Shown one piece after another: positions 39,562-52,787 of a stretch of 64,000 nucleotides of DNA. The notes under the pieces were generated by a model, which worked only from the letters and a program-made list of their open reading frames with translations, had not been told where the DNA came from and made no database searches. The stretch is from Sphyrna mokarran (taxonomy: Eukaryota). The DNA lies in the NCBI GenBank assembly GCA_024679065.1, contig JAGIQG010000011.1, positions 39,556,001-39,620,000 on the forward strand, given 5' to 3'. How positions within the stretch are numbered: the first letter of the stretch is position 1; each line of letters starts with the position of its first letter. The position numbers and the translations under genes were made by a program.

Positions 39562-40324
39562 GTATAAAATAATCAGAATTTCAAATGAGCTTTCATCTTG
39601 TGTTACAAAAGTAATTTATACTTTTCGTCATTTTCTTATACATCCAGGTCTAAGGTCTTAGCTTTAACTTCTTCAAAAGTAATTTGCCTAAGCCATATTT
39701 CTCTGTATTTATTGTCAATTGTGCATTTCTGTTTGATTGGTACATCAATTATTTTTTTTCACATTTGTTTGTGTTGTATTTGCTGCCATAACAGTAGTTT
39801 AATATTAAGGAAAAAAAATCTATTTGCATTCAGTGCTGTCAATTAAATTTAGTTTTTGAGTATTTTGTATTCCTGCCAAATTTATTATGACAACGTAAGT
39901 AACAAAAACATCAGGAATATAGATGTTATTTGGAAAGAAACCTGAAGTTACTTGCTGACTTATATCACTGCATATGTAATACAAAAAGAAAGTACAAAAT
40001 GGTAAAACAATCTCATTTTTAAATTTGATAATTTTACATAATGAGTAAAGGATCTTTATTTTCTAATTGTTGGGAGAAATACATTATCCTAGCAATTCAA
40101 AATTATCCTTATAACTATTTTCTCCTCAAGTGCCCAAAAAGTAATTAATAAGATTTACTAATTTTAGAACATAGAACAATTTTGTTGCTTTACAAGAGAA
40201 ATGTCATTCTGTGTTAATTTTGTCTGTTCAGTGTGTTTCATGTTATATTAAATTGTATGTATAATTTAGCATGATGTATATAATTGCCCATGAATCTTAC
40301 ATTAAACAATCATATTCTTTAAAG

Positions 40325-40405
40325 TGCTCGAAGTGCCAAAGAAACCAGCTGCTGAACCAGTCCAACCACTTAAAATTCCAAGAGAAAAGGTCACTCCTGT
40401 AAAAG
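40325..40405 (+). CDS. ttn: PEVK exon, 81 nt: VLEVPKKPAAEPVQPLKIPREKVTPVK
   Basis: ctttaaag| ... aaag|gtatat. Confidence 0.88.
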
Positions 40406-40821
40406 GTATATTAAAAAATCCATGTAAATAGTATATCTACAGCTGTTCTTGTCAATCTGTTTCTTCAAACTTCTTCAATTCTACCCAAAATTTCCTTTGG
40501 TACTTTTTATTTGTCACCAAAGTGAAAATTAGAAGTAAAATCCTTTCTCTAGTAAAGATAGCAAAGTATGTATTTTGCCAAAATAAATGTTCTCATGTAT
40601 GATTCCCCAGTACAGAAATATGTAATGATCAATGCTTACTATTCATACATTGAATTATGGAAAGCTATATTACTTTGATTTTATAGTTGTACTTGTAACA
40701 GGAAATGTCATTTTGTGTTAATTTAGTGTTTTTTATGTGTCTGGATTTGGTCAACTAACTTTAATGTTATCTGAATTATCTTAAATGAACCTTATCTTTA
40801 AACCAATAATGTTCTTTAAAG

Positions 40822-40896
40822 TGCCAGAGATCCCAAAGAAACCATCTGATGAAGAACCAATTATGGTTTCAAGAAAGGAAGTTGCACCAACTGAAG
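40822..40896 (+). CDS. ttn: PEVK exon, 75 nt: VPEIPKKPSDEEPIMVSRKEVAPTE
   Basis: ctttaaag| ... gaag|gtacaa. Confidence 0.88.
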
Positions 40897-41303
40897 GTAC
40901 AAAAGAACACAGAAGAATTTCCATCTTAATCTTATGCACTGTACCGTCCTGTCATCTGCATCATTGTAAAAACATGTATTCTGTTTTTTTTTCATAAATT
41001 AACTAACATCTTACTTATACTATTTTTATTCAGCATATTTCCATTTATTTACGCTTAGTAATTCTTTTCTTCTGCAAAATGGTAGCTAATATGGTTTTTG
41101 TTACTCACACTACATACTGTCTGCTGCAATAGTTTCCATAGCCATTTAGTACTTACATTGTTACAAAGTAATGTGTCTAATTCTGTTGGTTTTGTCTATC
41201 ATGTCATTTTGAGTTTCAGTGTCTTAATGGCTTTATAGATTTTCATGAAGTAATTAAATTCTGAAGTAATAGCATCATAAAATTATAATAATGTTCTTTA
41301 AAG

Positions 41304-41387
41304 TGCCAGAGTTTCCAAGAGAAGCTGTTATTGAAGTGGAGAAACCAGTTGCTATTCCAGGAAAAGAGGAGGTTCTTCCAAAAAAAG
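41304..41387 (+). CDS. ttn: PEVK exon, 84 nt: VPEFPREAVIEVEKPVAIPGKEEVLPKK
   Basis: ctttaaag| ... aaag|gtataa. Confidence 0.88.
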
Positions 41388-43589
41388 GTATAAAATAAAG
41401 GAAAGGATTTCAACTCAACATGGTGTTCTGGCCATTCCATTATAACATATCTTTTGGGGCTAGCTCATTAATGTAACTAAAATTTCAATTTGAACACAAT
41501 TAAGTCAAAATATCTTTTTATTGGCATTTATGCATCCTTTTATTAATGTTGTGAGGTGTTGATAAATGTAGTGTGTCTCTTTGCATTTTTCATGTTGTCC
41601 TATCTTAATTGTAAATGTCATGTTTTATTCTTTGGAGAATATAACCAAAACTTGAAGTTGGAACTTGAGCTACTCATAGCTTAGCTTCTGGATTATTTCT
41701 TCTGGCTGTTGTTCTTGGAATTTCGATATACTTGTCTAAAGTTTGATTACACAACAGGAAGTGGTCTGACTATTGCAGTGATATTTTGCTGATTTGAAAA
41801 TTTATTAAATGTTTGTTAAAACAAATTGTTTACTGATTTGGTTAGTCTTGTAGGCCAACTTCTTCTGTAAATTAAACAGGACTGGGAGAACACAGAGAGG
41901 CCACAAGAACAGGGCAAGCTGCTGGAAGAGGCAGATGCCATATTTTTAAGGCTGGTCTTTAGGGAGCAATTCTCTTATCTCAACTTCAGTGTGGACTAGT
42001 GTTCAAGATATCTGTACTTCACAAAATAAATCATGACTGAAATTTTCTAACTGTTGCAGCCAAGCTGCAACTCAACGAATGGCAAGGACAGCGTTGCTGT
42101 GTCTTTCAAGGTTATATAGCTCTTATCTTTGATATGTCTGATTTTTGCAGGCTGCTGATGGAGATGTAGCTTATATGTTAGTTTGTAATATACAGCTGCA
42201 TCTGAAATGTCACAGGTGCTGTCTATGCAGAGACCTTCACCTCATTTATAATGGCTGGACTTGAGCAGATAGAGCAATCAAGAGGCTTTACACATGTACT
42301 CTATGGCACAGGGTGCCATGGACATCCTGCATATTGGCTTTGCATAAACCTCATGTGAACTCAGCATTTTTTGCAAACCGAAAGGCATTCTGCACCCTCA
42401 CTTATTTGTAGATATACATCCACAAGTAGTTCACAACGCAGATGAATATCTACTAACCTGGCAGCATTATCTGTATCACCATGTTCTCTGTTGACCCAGT
42501 ATGATGAGCCCGAGGCTGACTACTGTGCAACAATTGATATCCACTCATGACATGTCTCGTGTTTCCTGAAAAGGAGCCACACCCATAAGCACAGCACATC
42601 TACAAAAAAAATCATGTTGTCACGAAAAATATTACAGAGTATTCTGAACAATGTTGTCATTATCTCAACCAATGTGGAGGAGTGCCATGGTTTTTGTCTG
42701 AGCAAGTAACAATATTTGTGCTAGTTTGCTTCATGTTGCATGACATCATCTTTATGGGAGAAGAAGGGAGGATCTATTTGGCAATCCCTTTCTGTCCCAG
42801 CTCTTCATGGATGGTAGTAGTACCTCAGCCAATTTTCCCCAATCAGCAAAATTCCACACTCCTTATCCTTCCTTTATTACAAACAATCATATTCTCTTTC
42901 TGGTCCCATAAACAGAAAAAACATCTGAAAATAAACCTTCTAATGCACTTTTATGTATTTAGCCATGAGATAATATATCTAAAATAGTTCAGTCACCAAT
43001 GTGTATTTCCCTAGTGTTTCTGTTCTAGAAGGTTCACCTTCAGACTATACCATTTCAGCCTGGGCTGTAGTTGTCTGGAATGGCTGATGGACAGGCAACA
43101 AGTGTACGGATAGAATGCAGAGATGGAAACAAGAATGCTGCAGTCTTGACAGAGGTTCCACTGCCATTCTCATGGACCACTACCATTCTGCTGGGATAGC
43201 TGCAAAGCAATCTTATTGATTTGCTGGACATCAAATTAATGGATAAAAAAACCTCTGAACAGTGGCACATCAAAGGCATGATACTTTTACAACAGTGCTC
43301 AGAGCTTTGATGGAAGTTGCTGAAACTGCAATAGAAGTTGCCCTTAAGGAGTGATATCACAGCGGGATCCACAGAGCTGAGAACTCGTTCCAGTTCAGAA
43401 AGAATGAGCCCTAGGTCTACCAAAGCCCTGTGCTAAATCTCTATCAGACACTGCAAGCTTCCTTGATATTAAGGAGACATTGCAATGCTCCGAATGTTTG
43501 GTTATATACACCCACTAGCTTTATTTTTTCTAAAATGCAGTCTGTGAAAATCCTTATCTGAATTCTATGTTATATGACTCATTAGGATG

Positions 43590-46090
43590 GTTTGGCCTGG
43601 AGGGGAACTTGCCAAACATCTGCCATTCTTGTCTTTCGCTAGAACATGGTAGAGATTGAGAGTTTGGAACATGCTGTTAAAACAGGCTTGTTGAGTTGCT
43701 GCAGTGCAGCTTGTAAATGGTACACACTGCAGCTACTGTGCACCAGTGATGAATGGATTGAATGTTTAAGGTTTGGAGGGGGATGTTAATCAAGAATGTT
43801 ACATTTTTCCCGGATGATGTTAAGCTTCTTTGGTGTTGGAGCTGCATTCATCTTGGCAAGTGGAGAATGTTCCATCACACTTCTGTTTTATACCTTGTAA
43901 GTGATGAACAGGCTTTGGTTCACTTCAGAATTCCTAGTCTCTGACCTGCTGTTGTACAATAAGAAGTCCAACAGGTTTATTGGTAACACAAACCACAAGC
44001 TTTCAGAGCGCTTCTCCTTCTTCTGTTCACAAATAGGGCATATAAAGACACTGATCTTGTAGCCATGGCTTTTGCAATTAAGTTTCTGGTTAATGGTGCC
44101 CCCCGTCCCCCCAGGATGTTGATGGTGTGAAATTCAGTGATCATAAGACTGCTAAACACCAAGGGGAGATGATTAGTCCTTTCTCTTGTTGAGATGGTCA
44201 TTGCCTGGCACTTGTGTGGATATTAGTTACCACTTATCAGTCCAAGTATGAATGTTTCCCCAATCTTGATATATCTTGACATGAGCTGATTCAGTATCCG
44301 AGGAATTGCAGGAATGTACTGAACATTGTGTAATTGTCCCCACTCCTGACTGAATTTGGAGCAAAGTTCATTGATAAAGTAGCTGAAGATGTTTGGGCTT
44401 GGAACACTATCCTGAGGAACTCCTCCAGTAAACTCGTGGAGCCAAGATGATTATCAATAACTATAAGCATTTTGCATTGTGCTAGCTGTGACTCCAATTA
44501 ATGTAGAGTTTTCCCATTTGCTTCAATTTTGCACAGGTTCCTTGATGCCACATTCAGTTAAAACATTGGCAGGCATTCTCCCCTCACAGCTTGTATTCAA
44601 TTCTTTTTTTCTGGAGCTGAGTGGCCTTGGCAGGCCTCAGATTAAACATCTATGAGCAGGTTATTGCCGTGCAAGTGTTGCTTGATATCACTGCCACCAC
44701 CATCTTCCATTACATAGCTGTTGATTAAGATTAGACTGTTGGGACAATAATTCACCAGGTTGGATTTTTCTCCTTTTTGTGGGCAGGGCATGTCTGGACA
44801 TTTTTGCATATTGTCAGATAGAAACAAGTTTTGCAATTGTGCTGGAAGGTTGGCTGGAACGTGATACTTCTAGAGCACAAAACTACAACTTGGATGTCGT
44901 TAAGACCCATTATAGTTCTTGTAGCTGGTCCCTCAACCCGTTCTTTGAGTGAATTGAATGAGCTGAAGACTAGTATCTGCAATCTTGGATGTCAAAAGGA
45001 GGCTGAGACGGATCAAGCAATTGACATTCCAATAGGAAGATGGTTGCAAATGTTTCAGATCCGTCTTTTTCGTTGGGTTCCAGTTTATGGAGTCTCCTCA
45101 TCCTGTTAATTGTTTCATTGTCCACTACTTCTCATGTGTGAATGAAGCAGAACTGCAGAGATTTGATCTGGTTCACTCTGCAGAGTTTGATCTTGTACAC
45201 CTCGCTCAACTTTGCCTATTGTAAGCTGCTCCCAGCTTTCAGCAGAAATGTGGTGTTGTCTTATAACTTCACCATGTTGGAATCTTATCTTGAGGTTTGC
45301 ATAGTGCTGCTCCTGATTGTTTGAACCAGGATTGATCCTCTGACTTGATGGTAATGGAAGAGTGAGGGATGCGGCAGGTGATGGTTACACATTGCAGTTA
45401 AATACATGCTGCTCCTGTCCTTGATTCAAGGATGCCAGGTTTTGAGCAGTTAACCCTGTTCTGAATCTATCCCATTTAGCTTGATGGTGGTTCTATCCAA
45501 CAGCACACAAGCTCAGTTTGACAGCAGCTATGTCCTTCAGGGCAGACCAGCTCGATCAGGAGTGTTGCTGCTGAACCACTATTATTGATTGGCATCGAAA
45601 TCCTGCTTGGAGTTTACATTCTGTGCTATCCTGAATGCCTCTTCTAAATAAACACTAGAGGAATACTAATCAACAGCTGAGGCAATATGACAGGAAGTAG
45701 TAAGATGTTTCCTTACCTATTTTTCACTTATTAACATCAGAGTTCGCAAGGTCTGGAAATAATGTTATGAGAGCTTCCACATTCAGATCCTCCCCATCCT
45801 ATACAACTGTGTCACCAAGATTGGTAGGTGTGTCTAGCTGGTTGGACAGGACATACCCAGGCACAGTGATCCAAGAGTCCAGGACATTGGCGGTAAGGTA
45901 TTATACAGTGAGTATGGCTATGTCAGGGTAATGCTGGGCTCATCTGTGAAACAACTCTCCCAATTATTGTACAAGTACCAGGGCATTTGTGATGATGATA
46001 TTGCAGGATCAGCAGGGCAGAATGTGCTTTTGTCTTTTGTGGTGTTCTGGTCAATATTGGATGCGGTCCATGTGGTTTTATTTTAACCAG
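43590..46090 (-). mobile_element. Degraded LINE (CR1/L2 group), ~2.5 kb
   Basis: Minus-strand RT-like fragments (MTISTRERTNHLPLVF...INILG; CPAHKKEKNP); homologous to 20370-21520; partial copies recur in the next five introns. Confidence 0.7.
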
Positions 46091-46247
46091 TTTCTTCTCT
46101 CATGTTTGTGTAAGTGAGGATACATAACATTCTCACAGGCAGATTTTCTCTGCCAAGCACGCTTGTGTTATTTTAATTTGTTAGTTTGCATACCTTCAAG
46201 ATAAAATGATTATATCTTAAACATCTTAACATTATTGTTTCCTAAAG

Positions 46248-46319
46248 TACCAGAGGTTCCTAAGAAGCCAGTTCCTGAACCATTGAAACCAAAGAAAGAG
46301 GCGGTTGCTCCAGAAAAAG
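46248..46319 (+). CDS. ttn: PEVK exon, 72 nt, PEPLKP family 1: VPEVPKKPVPEPLKPKKEAVAPEK
   Basis: cctaaag| ... aaag|gtattc. Confidence 0.9.
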
Positions 46320-46444
46320 GTATTCCTCCTTGGGATTTGAAATTCTTTTATGACGCATATGTCGTGAACTGGTATTTTCCGGGCCTGGTGGGTGGGTGCA
46401 GCTGCAACGATGCAGTAAGCCAGCCAAATGTTCACTGACTTTGA

Positions 46445-46812
46445 AGAGAGGGATAGAGATGTTTTACTGCAATTATATAGGGCATTAGTGAGCCACATCT
46501 GGAATACTGTGTGCAGTTTTATCTGAGGAAGGATGCCCTTGCTATAGAGGAAGTACAATGAAGGTTTACCAGGCTGATTCCCGGGATGGCAGTCTGATAT
46601 ATGATGAGAGACTAAGTCCGTTAGGATTATAGTCACTGTAATTTAGAAGAGTGAGAGGGGTTCTCATAGAAATTTATACATTTCTAACAAGGTTAGACAG
46701 GGTAGATTCAGAAAAAAATGTTCCCAATGTGAGTGAGTCCAGAACTAGGGGTCATAATTTGAGGAGAAGGGATAACCTTTTAGAACTGAGGTGAGGAATG
46801 TATGGAATTCAC
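46445..46812 (+). mobile_element. Degraded CR1 fragment
   Basis: LLQLYRALV..HLEYCVQF-type sequence, homologous to 17810-18200. Confidence 0.8.
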
Positions 46813-47101
46813 TATCACAGCTCTCCCAATTTTGGCACAAGTCCCTTGGTATTACCAAGGAACAATTTGCAATACTAACTTGGCTCGATATGTCTTTGCC
46901 ATTATTGTTTCATTGCTGGGCAGTCAGTCTTGTTTGATTTTAACCAGTTTCTCCCCCAGTATTGTACATGCAAATAGATAATGTAATTTTGAGTTATATT
47001 TCTCTGTCAAGTATGATTGTGTTATTTTAACCTGTTGCTTAAATATCTCAATGATAAAAAAAATTGCATGCGAAGCAACTTAACATTATTGTTTCTTAAA
47101 G

Positions 47102-47173
47102 TGCCAGAAGTTCCTAAGAAGCCAGTTCCTGAACCATTGAAACCTAAGAAGGAGGCGGTTACTCCAGAAAAAG
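47102..47173 (+). CDS. ttn: PEVK exon, 72 nt, PEPLKP family 2: ...KKEAVTPEK
   Basis: cttaaag| ... aaag|gtagat. Confidence 0.9.
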
Positions 47174-48748
47174 GTAGATTTCTTTTTACTTATAAATTCT
47201 GGAAATATTTGGATGAAGCAAACACCATGTTGCTATTTAAATATTAATCATCTATTTTTTCATGCTTTAATATGTTGAGAAGTATTATTATTACTACAAA
47301 TTGCGACAACCTCAACCATCTTAATTTGTGCTGTGTATGATTCTAACCAGTAGAGATCTTTTCCCCAATTCCCATTGAGCATTAGATTTGTAAGGGCTCA
47401 CTGATGCCACACCAAGTGAAATGCAGGCTTCAGGTCAATGGTGGTCATTCTTACCTCCCTCTTTAATTCACTGTTTTGTCCACATATTTGGAACAAAGCT
47501 GAAATGAGGCATAGAGTCGAGGCAGTAGGAGCCAAATTGAGTATATTTGAATGGTTGTTGCTTAATAATACTGTCATGATATTTCAATCACTTGGTTGGT
47601 GATTGAGTAGACCGTTGGCTCATTCATTGGCAGGTTTGGATTTTTTTCTGATTGTGAATTCATCCTCCTGCCTTTACTTCTACGCTCCTTCCCCGCCCAT
47701 TTGCAATCCCTTTCACACTCTCATTCATTCAGATTCTTGCCAAACCCAGCCCACCCTTTGGGTACACTATCAAAAGCAGCTATCACTGCCAATAACACAG
47801 CCTCTTATGGACACCAATGTGTCTCATGATTGGTCAGCAGTTCTGGATGGGCAGGATTACTGATGCAGAGGCCCTGAATCCTGGTGTAGCCCCTATGCTT
47901 GGCCACTCAAGTACCTGATTTTCAGCTTGTCCTTCCCCTCAGAAAAGATTTGATTTTCCAATCAGTTCTCCATCCAGTAAGCTGAATCCACAACAATTGC
48001 ATTAAATCCACCCCCATGAGAGGGCATGCAGGCTGAAGTCAAGGATGAGAATTCCTAAACTCACACCTCCAAATGCCATTGTGCCATCACCCTCACAAGT
48101 TTATCCTGCTGGTGAGACAGAGAAAGAACTCAGTAAGAATTTAGCAACACCAATTTTAAATCCAACCGATTTATTTGATAGTAAATTTGCGAGCTTTCGA
48201 CACTCTGTGTCTTTGTCAGGCAAATGCAGTGTTCATTGAATGCATCATACATCATGACAGAGAAAAGCCAGGGATGGTGCTACAGGAATCCGGATGTTGG
48301 CTGTAAGGACTATGTCAGACTGTTGCTTCATTGGACTTTGAAATAGCTTTCCCAATTTTGGCTCAATTCCCCAGATGTTGCTGAGGAAGATTTTGCGGTG
48401 TCAAATTGAGAGGCTGTGTCCTTGATGTTTCCAGTGCTTAGAGCCCAAAATTCTCCTGTCTCGCCCGCCATTGGAATTGTAGAGGGTGAGACAGAAAATT
48501 CGATGGACCATCCAATGGGAATTTCTGTTCTTGGGATGCACGCGGCCAGAGAATCCTGCCCAACATCAATCCGTGTTATCCATCTTGGTTTACTTTAACC
48601 AATTTATCTTCCTGTATGTGTACACGAGTGTGCATAATCTTGCCTTGGGTTAAACTTCTCTGCCAAATATACTTCTACTATTTTACTTCGTTGCTCAGAT
48701 ATTTTGATATGAAAACTTTGTATCTTAACATTAAACTGTTTCTTAAAG

Positions 48749-48820
48749 TGCCAGAAGTTCCTAAGAAGCCAGTTCCAGAACCATTGAAACCAAAGAAAGA
48801 AGCTGTTACTCCAGAAAAAG
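48749..48820 (+). CDS. ttn: PEVK exon, 72 nt, PEPLKP family 3: ...KKEAVTPEK
   Basis: cttaaag| ... aaag|gtacat. Confidence 0.9.
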
Positions 48821-50987
48821 GTACATATCTTTTCAAACATGCTGGTCGACACATCCTGTTTCCAGGAAATGAAGGGATCAAAGTAAAAAAAAGCTTTGAA
48901 ATAATAAGAGAAATAAAATGTTTTTTTTGTGAAGTCATAGGCTGAAATATTCCCCCTATGGGCAGATGGACTAAATATTCAAGAGATTGCATTCAATAAT
49001 GCACAAATTATCTTCTTCTGTAATTACTTTAATTACCAATTTTAATTCCATAAATATGAAACATTGATGCCCAAATTCAAAGCATTATATGACAAAAAAT
49101 TACAATTAATTTACTTTGATTTGCTTTACTTAACTAGATTCTCATTTTAATAGATTTACAATTTTACAAATATTTTTAGAAATCATTCTGTGCATCCTCA
49201 GTTGTTGTTGTTTCTTTTCCCACAATGCTTCATTTGTTCCCATAGCAAGGTTTTGTCTGGAACAGGTTGCTAACCTGTCGTCAGAGCTCCTAGCTTGTGG
49301 GGCGTCACTCTACATTAAGCATGGCTGACTAGAATCTCTCCCACTCTTGCCATCTGTCATTGACATGTTGGAAGAATTTCACAGATTGACAGTCAATCTT
49401 TTGGCTGCATTAGAAATGTACCCCCCTTGCCCATAAAGTCCAAGGCCATTGATTGGGACTTGAATCCACAGCTTCTGGCACAGAGGCAGAGATGCTACTC
49501 AGTGTATCACAAGACCTCCCTCTACGTTCTCAGTGTCACTCTCAATATCCTCAGACTCAAAATCCATATCCTCATCTATTCTCAATACTCTGAATATTTC
49601 ATCATGAGCAACATTTGTCGTATCACTTCCTCCATTTTCATTCTCACTGTATTTTGTGTCTTCAATGAACGATTAAGTATTTCATGATGGATCAATTAGA
49701 TGTTCTTTTTCATTGAACTAAAATAAAGAGATTTCTGGGTGATCCTATTCAGCTTTTATATTTTATGATGTTTTCCAAGAGTGTTTTCATTTTGGTTTTC
49801 TCATAAGATGAACATTCAGTGGGTCGTGTGGTTAATCTAAGGGTGACAATTGTACTTTACCATCATTTACCTCTGATGTTCTGCCAGTATCACATTCTGA
49901 GTTGACTCATATTTATGATGGATATTATAGATAAGAACTTCTTTAAAGAGTCTTCTCTCTTACTTGCAACAATGGTTCATGCATTCTGTTGCTGTTTGTC
50001 AACTTACAATTAGCACATTTACATCTTCTGTGCTATGGTGTGGCATCTGCCATTTTTGCCTTGCCAAGTGATATGTAGGTCTCAGGACATTATTGGCACA
50101 AAACAAATAAATTATGAGAGAAAAATAAGCAGATGAAGTAGGAAAAATAGTAAGAGATGCATGGTGTAATTTGTTGCATTCTTTCTTGAAAAATATGGAT
50201 AAGGTTGTTTGAAGCATGTCTGACTTACAATGTCAGTGGGGACATCTTGTAGGCAAGGCCACAGGATCCTCTGCTAGGAGGCCAATGCCCGTCAGATAGG
50301 GATAGTGTGTTGTCAACTCCCTTATGACATGCTTTTTGGTCTAGGAATGCATCTCACTGGTTGAGATTGGACTAAGGACCTCAGAAACAGGCATGTTTCT
50401 TATGTATGCATATTCGGTTTTATTTTGCAACTCTCAATGTTTCTTCCAAATAGTATTCAACATGTAGGAGTAGGAACTCATAATTGAGGGAGGGCAGTGG
50501 GTGTTAATAGCCTTGTTTGATTTGATATAATGGGAATTTATGACAACTGAAAGCAAGGTTGAGATTCCCAGGATCATAACAGCCTGTAGAATGCTTCTGG
50601 TGCGTCTATCCTGCTGATGGCACAGGACATAGCCGGGATAATAATGCAGCAGTCTGGGCCAGTGGCTATTTGATGGGGATCAGGCTCTTGTTTGATTGGT
50701 TTGTGGGACAGCTGTCCCAGCTTTGGCACAAGTCCCCAACTTTTAATGAGAAGGTTCTTTCAGGGTGGACTTGTCTGGATGTCTCTTTGTTGTGTCCTAT
50801 ATTTAGGTGAATGCCAGCTGATCCTCCTAGTTTTATTTTAACTAGGTTCTACCTCTGACATTAGGTAATATTGCCTTGGCTTGAATTTCTCTGCCAGCTA
50901 TGTTTGTGTTATTTTAATGTAATACTTTGATCACATTGATAAAATGATTATATATTCAATATCTTAACATTATATTGTTTCTTAAAG

Positions 50988-51059
50988 TACCAGAGGTTCC
51001 TAAGAAGCCAGTTCCTGAACCATTGAAACCAAAGAAAGAGGCAATTACTCCAGGAAAAG
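50988..51059 (+). CDS. ttn: PEVK exon, 72 nt, PEPLKP family 4: ...KKEAITPGK
   Basis: cttaaag| ... aaag|gtattt. Confidence 0.9.
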
Positions 51060-51596
51060 GTATTTCTTTATGTTATTTATATGTTGGAAATGCTATGTTG
51101 CTGTTTAAATATTAAAATGTGATTCAATTTATTGTTTATGCTTTAATACTTTTATAAGTATTGTTGTTGTTAAGCTACCACCTCTGGTGGATGTATCCTG
51201 CTAATGAGAGAAGTTGTAGCCAGGGACGGTGATGTAGAGCATGGGATGTTGTGATTCTGAGTAGTTTTATATAAAGTTATTGCTTGCTTATTCTGTGGGG
51301 CAGCTCTGCTACTTCAGGCACAAGTCATCAGATGTTTGTGCAGAGGATTTTGCAGGGTCGACTGGGCAGGATATATCTTGCTTGTTTCCTGTGCTAAAGT
51401 CAATGCCAAGTGGTCCATTTGGTTTCATTTTAACCAGTTTCTTTCCCAATTTGTCTAAGTGCAGACTATAGTGACAATGTTACCTTAAGTTAAATTTCTC
51501 TGCCAAATATGTTATTGTTATAGTAACTTATTTTTACATATTCTAATGATGAAAGCATTAAATCCTAATCATCTTACCATTAAACTATTTTTAAAG

Positions 51597-51659
51597 TTCC
51601 AGAAGTTCCTAAGAAGCCAGTTCCTGAACCATTGAAACCGAAGAAAGAAGCAGAAGAAC
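51597..51659 (+). CDS. ttn: PEVK exon, 63 nt, PEPLKP family 5: VPEVPKKPVPEPLKPKKEAEE
   Basis: ttttaaag| ... gaac|gtatgt. Confidence 0.85.
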
Positions 51660-52787
51660 GTATGTTTATATTTGTTATTTTAAGTGCTGGAAATATTTGT
51701 GTGAAGCAGATAACTTGATGCTGTTTAAATATTAATATTTTATTTTTGTTTCATGCTTTAATATAGTTAGATGTATTGTTACTACCATCTCTAGCAACCA
51801 TAACTATCTTCATTTGTGCTAGGTATGATTCCAACCCATAACAAGCTTTTCCCTCATTCTCATTGACTTCAAATTTGCAAGGGCTCCTTAATGCTACACA
51901 CGATCAAATGCAGCCTTGAGGTCAAGAGCACTCACTCTGATCACATCTTGAAATCAATATTTTTGTCTATGTTTGGACCAGGGCTGAAATGAAGCCTGGA
52001 GCCAAGTGACCCTCGCAGAATTCAAACTGAGCATCAATAAGCAAATTATTGTTGAGTGAGTGTTGCTTGACACTTGACAGCATTTTGCAAATGACTGAGA
52101 GTAATTGTGAGGAGGGACTGTGGATGTAATTGGCTCATTGAATTTTTCCTACTATTTGTGATAGGGCATACCTGGAAATTTTGTGCATTGTCAGATAAAT
52201 GCCCAGATTCTAACTTTAGTGGAACAGCTTGGGTAGAATTATAGATAGATCTGAAGCAGATGTAACATAGCTAAAATCAGGATGTTGTTAAGGCCTGTAT
52301 CAAGTTGCTCAACTTGTTTCTTGATATTATGTGGAATTAATCAAATTGACTGAAGACTGGCATCTGTGCTGCTGAGACCTCCAGGAGAAGGCTGAGATAG
52401 ATAATCCATGTGACACATCTGGCTGAAGATTGTTGCAGATGTTCCAGACCTGGCTTCTACCCTGAAGTGCTGGGCTGTGCTATTGTTGAGGATGGGAATG
52501 TTCCTCCTCCTCCTATTTGATGTTTTAATGTCTACGACCATCATGGCTGAATATGGCAGCACTGCAGAGCTTTTGATCTGATCCATTGGTTGGGGAATTG
52601 TTTAACTGCCTATCATGAACTGCTTCCACTTTAAAATAGATATAGTCCTGTTGAAATTTCACAATGTTGGCACCACATTTTTAGCTATGTTTGATGCCGC
52701 TCTGGGCTGACTTTCTGCATTGAACCAATTTTGATCCTCCTGGCTTGATGATATTTAGGAAATGAGGGCTATGGTGGGCCAGGAGGT

